Below, piece after piece: positions 39,625 through 47,300 of a DNA stretch of 64,000 nt (its first letter is position 1; each line of letters opens with the position of its first letter). The stretch covers positions 1-64,000 of IMG/VR virus record IMGVR_UViG_3300045609_000068, one strand, 5' to 3'. The position numbers and the translations under genes were made by a program. This stretch comes from a virus (Duplodnaviria; Caudoviricetes). The notes under the pieces were generated by a model. It saw only the letters and a list, made by a program, of their open reading frames with translations, was not told the DNA's origin and did no database searches.

Positions 39625-39690
39625 AATTTAAAGCGACTATTTTCCCATCAACATAATGTTGGTTAGTAAAAACAATAAAAATATTAATAT

Positions 39691-40446
39691 ATGGACAATC
39701 AATTGGAAGTGAGCGACACTATAACCGTAAAAGAGACTATGACTTCATTGGAAATAGCAGAAGTTACTGGTAGACAACACTCAAACGTATTGCGTGATAT
39801 TCGTAATATATTGGAGCAGATAGAAGATAAAGCCCAATTCACTTTTGAATTGGGGTCGTATTTAGACGCAAACGGTCAGTCAAGACCTATGTATAGTCTT
39901 ACAAAGAAAGACAGCATCCTGCTTGCAAGCGGGTATGATGCTAATCTTCGTGCTAAGATAATCAATCGTTGGGAACAACTGGAAATAGAAAAACGCAATG
40001 GTGGGTTTGAAATACCGAAGACTTATTCGGCGGCCCTTATGTTGGCAGCAAAGCAAGCAGAAGAGATAGAAAATCAGCAGAAGCAATTAGAAATTAAAGA
40101 AACACAGATTGCAGAACTCAAACCGAAAGCGACATATTACGACAGCATCCTTGCAAGTAAAAGTGCTGAATGTGTTACCAAATTCGCGAAAGCGGATTAT
40201 GGAATCAGCGCGCAAGCAATGAATAAACTTCTGCATGAATTTGGAATACAATATAAAGTAGGTGAAACGTGGCTTCCTTACATACAGTTTGCAAAGTGCG
40301 GATATACACAGACAGAAACAATTCCGATTAAGACAAATCATGGAGAAGAAAGCAAATTGCAGACTAAATGGACGCAAAAAGGCCGTCTGTTTATTTATGA
40401 ACAGATGAAGAAGCACGGATATTTGCCTATAATAGAACAAAACTAA
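39691..40446 (+). CDS. Rha-family regulator with KilAC domain
   Basis: MTSLEIAE.TG.QHS.V.RDIR..Y.D.NG..RP.Y.LTK...LLA.GY....R.KII.RW..LE. Confidence 0.88.
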   Translation: MDNQLEVSDTITVKETMTSLEIAEVTGRQHSNVLRDIRNILEQIEDKAQFTFELGSYLDANGQSRPMYSLTKKDSILLASGYDANLRAKIINRWEQLEIEKRNGGFEIPKTYSAALMLAAKQAEEIENQQKQLEIKETQIAELKPKATYYDSILASKSAECVTKFAKADYGISAQAMNKLLHEFGIQYKVGETWLPYIQFAKCGYTQTETIPIKTNHGEESKLQTKWTQKGRLFIYEQMKKHGYLPIIEQN

Positions 40447-40471
40447 TTCAATAATTTAAAACATTAAAGAC

Positions 40472-40723
40472 ATGGAAATTATTATTCAATCTATCAACAC
40501 CCCATCGGGAATGATTAAGATAACGAAAGTCAACGAACGATACAAAATGTATTTTGATGGAAGATATATAAGTCCATTGGAATTGCTATCATACGCATTG
40601 AATATGGATGGAGTTATGGCATGGAAAACGATTCACTATGCCGATATTCTTGCATCATCCAAAGACAATTTGTATTGGAAAATGAGAGATGCTGTATGTA
40701 TGTGTATTACTACTCAATTTTGA
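40472..40723 (+). CDS. Hypothetical protein
   Basis: 83-aa ORF followed by a terminator-like hairpin. Confidence 0.55.
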   Translation: MEIIIQSINTPSGMIKITKVNERYKMYFDGRYISPLELLSYALNMDGVMAWKTIHYADILASSKDNLYWKMRDAVCMCITTQF

Positions 40724-40758
40724 GTTGATGGTGATTTTCAATTGATTACATTATTATG

Positions 40759-40795
40759 GGCTGCCTAAGTTGAAATTAGGCAGCCTATTTTTATC
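40759..40795 (+). terminator. Intrinsic terminator
   Basis: GGCTGCCTAA-GTTGAAA-TTAGGCAGCC followed by TATTTTT. Confidence 0.65.
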
Positions 40796-41098
40796 AATAG
40801 CCATAGTCCAAAAATGGACTATGGTGATTTTCAACGAGTTAGACCCGCCAATTTTGGCGACAATCCTTTTATAGATAGTTAGTTATGAATTATTGACAGT
40901 ATCAACTTTAAGTTATTGTAATGGTATATCGCTAAATAGCGATATGCTTGATTTACAGCTACTTATGGTTAAAGTACAATCAAAATCATTAACCAGCAAA
41001 TCAACCAATAAACTAACCAACAAAATTATGTTGTACATACATTAACGATATTATCGAGCAGCAGAACGAGCAGCAGATTAACCAGCACCGATAGGTTA

Positions 41099-41145
41099 CA
41101 AAGATAACCCCAAAGATAACCCCAAAGATAACCCCAAAGATAACC
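41099..41145. repeat. 12-bp tandem repeat (CAAAGATAACCC x3.9)
   Basis: Read directly; three perfect units plus 11 of 12 bases. Confidence 0.95.
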
Positions 41146-41293
41146 ACGTCTTATTTCCTGATAAAGATTTTGAAGCCACTAATAGTTTTTCCGTTAATGT
41201 TAATATCATTTAAAATACAGTTGGTTTAACATTATAAGCGATTATTTTATTATAAATATTGCAGCAAAGAATACAACAAAGGAAATAATTGCG

Positions 41294-41301
41294 TATATTT
41301 G
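41294..41301 (+). promoter_or_regulatory. Host-type -7 element upstream of accessory genes
   Basis: TATATTTG 88 nt before ATG 41389. Confidence 0.55.
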
Positions 41302-41388
41302 TATCAGAATAATTAAATGTTATGTGCATTTTTCTACTGGGAAATACACAAATTCTAAGTACGTAAACATACAAATTCTTACATACAC

Positions 41389-41745
41389 ATGTGTGAACAA
41401 AATCTTGAAATTATTAAAACTAGAGATATCTTTCTAAAAAATGGGGAGAAATCTGATGTAGTTCTGTTAAAGGATCCAGAAGGAGTTGTGGATATGCACT
41501 TTACCTTTTGTTTGAAATACGTTGGCGATAACGTCCAGACTCAGACGCATTATAAAGTGGCAGACAAGTCTAGTGCTGATTTTATTATTGAAACGAGGCC
41601 CAATTCCTATACTGAGCTAAAGCAGCCATTTCGCATTGGGACATTCGGAAAAGAAGAAAAAGGATTGTTTATAAATTTTAAAGTATATCCATGCGATGAA
41701 AGCAATACGCACCACATGTACTTGTCTTTTTTAACATCAAAATAA
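41389..41745 (+). CDS. AT-rich accessory protein (beta-rich, DUF6864-like)
   Basis: 118 aa; P.RIGT...KGLFINF.V pattern. Confidence 0.6.
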   Translation: MCEQNLEIIKTRDIFLKNGEKSDVVLLKDPEGVVDMHFTFCLKYVGDNVQTQTHYKVADKSSADFIIETRPNSYTELKQPFRIGTFGKEEKGLFINFKVYPCDESNTHHMYLSFLTSK

Positions 41746-41754
41746 ACTAATGTT

Positions 41755-42180
41755 ATGGCTCTAATTACAGAAGGTGAAATCGAAGTAAGCGAAACTATTT
41801 GCAATCTGACGGTAGTACCTATACAGATAACAGAAGATAAACTTAAAAATATACTTACGCAGCATATTGAAAAAATAAAGAAATCGCACGGGTGGATTCC
41901 AGCGTTGGTCACTGTTGTGTCTTTCGTATTGACTATAGATACATCTGATTTCCATGATTCATTCGGCTTTAATGCGGACACCTTAAAAGGATTTTTTGGA
42001 TGCCTTATTTTGCTCTTCTTTTGTTATTTCCTTTACGTTTCATGGAATTGCATCAAAAATAGAGACAGCGTGGATAATATCATAAAAGATATAGAAAACA
42101 AACAAGTAGCTAAAAAAGATAATTCTATAAAGAGCTTTTTTAAAAACTCCGGAAAGCGTAAGATTGATATAAAGGCTTAA
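41755..42180 (+). CDS. AT-rich two-TM membrane protein
   Basis: ITEDKL..IL, then two hydrophobic helices. Confidence 0.7.
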   Translation: MALITEGEIEVSETICNLTVVPIQITEDKLKNILTQHIEKIKKSHGWIPALVTVVSFVLTIDTSDFHDSFGFNADTLKGFFGCLILLFFCYFLYVSWNCIKNRDSVDNIIKDIENKQVAKKDNSIKSFFKNSGKRKIDIKA

Positions 42181-42302
42181 TTGGAAATACGGAATTACCA
42201 TTAACGTGATTGCATTATTCGCCTTTGTCGCGAAATATCTTTTCCATCCAAAGGACTAGCATACAACAAATGGGATCAGTAATGCTGACCCCATAAATTT
42301 TA

Positions 42303-42310
42303 TATATTTG
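42303..42310 (+). promoter_or_regulatory. Host-type -7 element upstream of the 569-aa/84-aa operon
   Basis: TATATTTG 58 nt before ATG 42368. Confidence 0.55.
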
Positions 42311-42367
42311 TCTCAACACCGATTGGTTAACTTTATTTTGTATTAACGGATATTTCTGTTAATATGT

Positions 42368-44077
42368 ATGAATACTTTTGCCGAAAGAATACAACATGGT
42401 CGATTTTTCGATATATTTGCGCTACTAAATCTTGTTATGGATATTAATGGTGAATACATAGAGGAAAACTTTCTTCATCCCGAAAAATACGAACTGGTTT
42501 ATTCCAACGAAGTGGAGGCCAGCATCCTTCGAATCATGAGGAGACGGAAACATGAGTTATTCGGTGATAGTCACGACCCGTCGGAAGAGCAGTGGAGAGA
42601 GTGGGCCGATTATCTTGAAGAGAACTATATAAGGATGATACATACGGATATAGATCCGTTTTGCATACTTATCAGACACGACTTGCTACTGATACGAAAT
42701 TCATACGGAAGCATTATTGATACGATTGAATGGTTTAAATCCATTGGTATGCCTTATAATTTTGATGAAAGAAAATTTAATAGCAATTTTATGAACATAA
42801 TGCGATCTTATAATTCAGATTGGAAGTTATCAATTTCTGATTTGGATTTATTTAAGGTCGATAAAGAAAAAATTGAGGAAGAAAACAAAAAAAGACAGGA
42901 ATTAGAAGAAAAAAATAAGAAGAGACTAGAAGTATTATGTGCTGGACGCGACAAGTATCTTGCAAAAAAGGCAGAAGAAAAACGAATAAAAGAAGAGGAA
43001 GAAAAAAGGTTGTTAAGACTTCGCAAAAAGGAAGAACGAAAAGCCAAGATTATTGAGGAACGGCAGAGAATAGTTACAGAAAACTATTTAATGAGTTTCC
43101 CTTTCCCTTATATAAACGATGAAATAGGCATAAAATTTATTAATGATTACAGAATTGAAAATGGGCATCTCCCGATGTTTTATATTTTGTGCAATTATCT
43201 AAAGATATATGGGCATTTGCAATGTATCGACAATTTGTCAAAAGCATATTGTGTATATATGGAGTATGAGCATGTCAAGTACGGTCCAACTGAAGAAATA
43301 TGGGAAAGTTATGGGATTACAAGAGTTCAGGCCAAGGCAGCAATGAGAAAACATAAGCCGAACAGGATGCTGAAATTAATCCTCGACCACGAAGACTGGA
43401 ACTATTATGAGGTTAGAAATATGAAATTCATATCTAAAGATAATTTCGACATAGAACTTTTCTGCAAGACAGAAAAAGTGAAATTGAATTTTGTTCAGTT
43501 TTTCTTTATGCTGAAACTTGTATATAACAGATATGGGCTGTGTCGTATATACACTGAAGATTTAGAGCCGTTTAGAGAATCGAAAGATAGTGTTTATTGC
43601 TATGATTACATAATATATGAAGACTTTAATATATATAACTTTTCTGATGCAATAAAAGATTTATCAAAGATTGCAAATCTGCATAAACTTATTGAAGGAG
43701 CAAAGACTATCCAAGATGATTATATTATGAATGAAAAATATTGGGATATAGATCTGAAAGAAAAAATGCCGGCGTTCGACATACATAATATATACAGAAT
43801 CCTTTTTACCATATTCAATGATGTAATGGGAGAATGGATAAAAAATAATAAAGACATTTTCATTGAAGATAATTTTCATAGGACACCTAATGTTAAGTCA
43901 ATTTTAAAAGAAGCCTCCGTTCCTCTTACGTGCCTGGAAGTATTTCAAACATACACAAAGGATTACCCGGAAGATAAGACTATAACGTTGGAGAAGGTGA
44001 GAAGTATATTGAAAAGTAATTCCAAGATAATCAGACGTGGTGACATATATAATACGAAACTTTTTTACAAAATATAG
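42368..44077 (+). CDS. AT-rich 569-aa hypothetical protein
   Basis: Long ORF with charged coiled coil; C-terminus possibly wHTH-like. Confidence 0.75.
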   Translation: MNTFAERIQHGRFFDIFALLNLVMDINGEYIEENFLHPEKYELVYSNEVEASILRIMRRRKHELFGDSHDPSEEQWREWADYLEENYIRMIHTDIDPFCILIRHDLLLIRNSYGSIIDTIEWFKSIGMPYNFDERKFNSNFMNIMRSYNSDWKLSISDLDLFKVDKEKIEEENKKRQELEEKNKKRLEVLCAGRDKYLAKKAEEKRIKEEEEKRLLRLRKKEERKAKIIEERQRIVTENYLMSFPFPYINDEIGIKFINDYRIENGHLPMFYILCNYLKIYGHLQCIDNLSKAYCVYMEYEHVKYGPTEEIWESYGITRVQAKAAMRKHKPNRMLKLILDHEDWNYYEVRNMKFISKDNFDIELFCKTEKVKLNFVQFFFMLKLVYNRYGLCRIYTEDLEPFRESKDSVYCYDYIIYEDFNIYNFSDAIKDLSKIANLHKLIEGAKTIQDDYIMNEKYWDIDLKEKMPAFDIHNIYRILFTIFNDVMGEWIKNNKDIFIEDNFHRTPNVKSILKEASVPLTCLEVFQTYTKDYPEDKTITLEKVRSILKSNSKIIRRGDIYNTKLFYKI

Positions 44078-44080
44078 CTT

Positions 44081-44335
44081 ATGAAAAAGAAATATTTAAA
44101 AATAGTGTTGATAGTAATTTGTTTTATCTTATTTGGGTGGTATGTATATTCTTCAAGCCAAAGAGTTGAACAAGGGTACAAAGGAGCAGATGAAACGACA
44201 AAGAGAGTTGAAAAGTATTCCAACCAAGCTTTGAAAAACGGGTATAATGAAACGTCTGGCGGCATAGGTGCTAAACCTGTTGTTGTCAAAAAGTCAGATT
44301 TGGAAAAAGATAATATAGGACAGGATGATGAATAG
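44081..44335 (+). CDS. 84-aa membrane-anchored protein homologous to an internal TMP segment
   Basis: KKK + TM helix, then 21 of 34 residues identical to TMP aa 1269-1302. Confidence 0.85.
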   Translation: MKKKYLKIVLIVICFILFGWYVYSSSQRVEQGYKGADETTKRVEKYSNQALKNGYNETSGGIGAKPVVVKKSDLEKDNIGQDDE

Positions 44336-44354
44336 TTTCACCCCGCCCCATATT

Positions 44355-47300
44355 CTACACTTTGCCCATAAGAGAAAGCTGTGAGTTCACTTGTGATGTA
44401 AGCATAGCAATAGCTTGTGCAAGACGATCCTCGACAGACTGAATCATTGCTCTTTCGTCAGCGTTACCAGCAATCGTAGTTTTGTCGAAATTGGCAAGAT
44501 TTTGTATTGTTATATTGATTTGCGTCGGAGTTGCGGCTTGCCTTCCGTAAGTGTTTTCGTAACCCTTGTTAGGATTGCTGCTCCCTCCGGTTCTGCCGCC
44601 TTTTCCTCCTGTTGCTGCTGGAAGTGAATTAGTAGCGTTACTAGAACCCGAATTATTCCATCCAGTTCCAAACCCATTGTCAACAGTCCCTTTTTTGTTT
44701 TTGTTGTTCTTTTTAGCACCGGGTATGGATTTTACTATATTATTTTCTTTAGTTCCAGGTCTGGTAATATATGCCAGTTTACCTTTATTCTGTTTCTTAT
44801 CGTCAATTGCTTTTTGCAGTGGATTATATGGCTGATATCCCATATTCCAAGCATATCCGAACTTTTGTTTTCCTGCCTTGTATGGTATCTTTACTTTATT
44901 ACTTTTTGGTTGGAGAACATTATTTGTACTAGGATTCTCTCCTGAATTCCAATTTACATTAGTCCATCTCGAAGCCTCAATCTCTTGTTGTTTAAGATAT
45001 TCTATCAAAGCCTTTATTCTACCAGCAACGCCTTGTAACCCAGGTATGTTATCTAATGAATTGGCAATATTTTCGAGAAGTGATACATGCGCGTTAACCG
45101 TATTAGGAACTTGTATTCCAAGCGCATTTAACATGTCGTAGAAACCTTCCCATTGTGGTTGCCCGTTCTTGAATTGCAAGAATACATTTTGCATCCTTCC
45201 ATACATATCAGGCAATTTGATTGGTATTGTCCCTAGATAACTACTAGCCGCATTCATAAATTTATCAGAATACAGTCCAGTAAGATTAACTAAATTCTGA
45301 TAAGTTTTCCAAACTTGTGTAAGTTTATTATATGCGCCAGAATACCATTGAGTAAATTCAGATAAATCAGGTGAATTAAATATCTGTTTATACCCATAAT
45401 TGTTTACATCTTTCCCAATATTAAGAGCAGGATTAAATTGCTCAATCATATTGTTAATAGCCTCTTTATTCTTTGCAGATAATTTTCCTTTTGAATTTTC
45501 TACAATAGAAGTTATCTTTGATTCTGCATTTTTTGTTTCATTTGATTCTGCTCCATATCTATATACTGATGCACGAGCTATTAAATTACGAACCCCGTTA
45601 TAGTATTTATTATCGACCCCTAATGTCTTATATGTTTTAATTTTGGTTCCATCTTCTGCTGTGTATTCTTGCAATAAATTTCCACCAGCATCAGTTTCTA
45701 ATTGATTCTTGATAGCTGAAAATGAATAGTTTTTGCTATCTTTACCATAAGCATATTTGTATGGAACAATATATTTATCGTACCAGTTTTGTAAAATAGG
45801 CAGGAAATGCGTATCTTTTCCTAACTTACTTGTAAGTTGTCTGAAATCAGATATTTGTGACAACTTTCTTTTAGATGCTTTTGGTTTATTTGATACGGAT
45901 GGTATATCACCGACATAAGTATTATTATTTAGTTGCGGATTTGATTTCAACCAATTTGTAAGATCAATTGGTTTTGTCCCAATTCCGCCAGCCATTTGAT
46001 TATATCCATTTTTTAAAGCGGTTTTAGAATATGCTTTAACCCTATCGCTTGTCTTGTCAGCATCTTCGTATCTCTTGCTAATATGTTTAACATAAGCAAC
46101 AAGTAAAGCTATACCTGCAAGTGCTGCAAGATACGGTAATGCTGCTGTAAACATTCCAGCAATTTTTGCTAAGAAAATAGGTATTCTTAAAATGGAATTT
46201 TTTATCATATTAATTAATGGCATCAGCGTAAACCCTGTGAGCATGGCGTTTCCTGCCTTGTATGCAAGTCCCATCCTTGCACCAGTGCCTAATTTGTTCA
46301 TTGCGGCGAAGCGTTCGATAAGTGCGGAATTACGGAATTGTTCTGTACGTCTCATATCCCTCAATACGTTCATGTAGGCATTGCGTTCTGCAACCAATCT
46401 GCGTTCGTTAGCATAGTTCTGTTCAGCCCTTGCGCCATAGTGTGCGGAAAGTTCCGACTCACCAGCTCTTTCCCAATATTCAGAACCTTTGGTGTACATA
46501 AATCCGTTTGTATGGGCGTTACGTATATAATTATAATACGAGCCTCCGTTTCTATACATCGCATTTTGGCGTTCCAACAGTGTATTGGCACTTGCTCGTT
46601 CAGCGGCAATTGCCTCTGGAGCAGCGACCGCCCCTGCAACGGCGGCACTCGAACCTCTTGGATGGCGAAGCGTTGCCCACAGCAAAGAACCGTTAAGAAG
46701 AAGGCTTGTCAGCCCTCCTCCCAATCTTGACATTCCAGAAGTTGCAGCCCCTCTGCGGACTACAGATTTAACGGCATTTGCCTCCATTACTCTCGGAACA
46801 GCCCCTCCAGCCATCATCGCACCTGCAATACGGGCAGAACTGTAACGTGAAGCGATTCCGCCTCCAGCAGCCAAGCCACCAACGGCATACGCGCCACCAG
46901 CTACACCTGCCGCACCGGGCAGCAATCCTCTGAACGAAGACAGCATTCCGAGCATCTGCACGAACGGGGTAATGAGATAACCAATCTGTGTCATTGCCAT
47001 CTGCATGACAACAATCGCTTTGATGAATCCGGGGAATGCGTTATATATCTTTAGCCAAATGCTAACAGATGCTTTGAAAATACCCAATATGGCTTTGAGC
47101 AAGTCGAATACGTTCTTCAAGTTCTGCACAGCTTCTGGCTTGGCGAGATATTTAAGCGCATCTCCCATAGCTCCCTTAATGGTTTTCTGCAATCCACTGA
47201 ATACGGTTAATGTATCATCGGTCAACGAGCTCTCGACCTGTTTCCACAGACCCTCAACGGTGTTCTGTTTCTTTAGGGATATTTCATTTGCTATTCCGTT

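Noticed and set aside
41099-41145. Tandem repeat as a CRISPR array
   Set aside because: 12-bp units with no spacers; no cas genes
44177-46070. TMP and mini-gene homology as an active DNA inversion (shufflon) site
   Set aside because: DNA identity is broken at most third positions, with no long exact match; protein-level conservation explains it better
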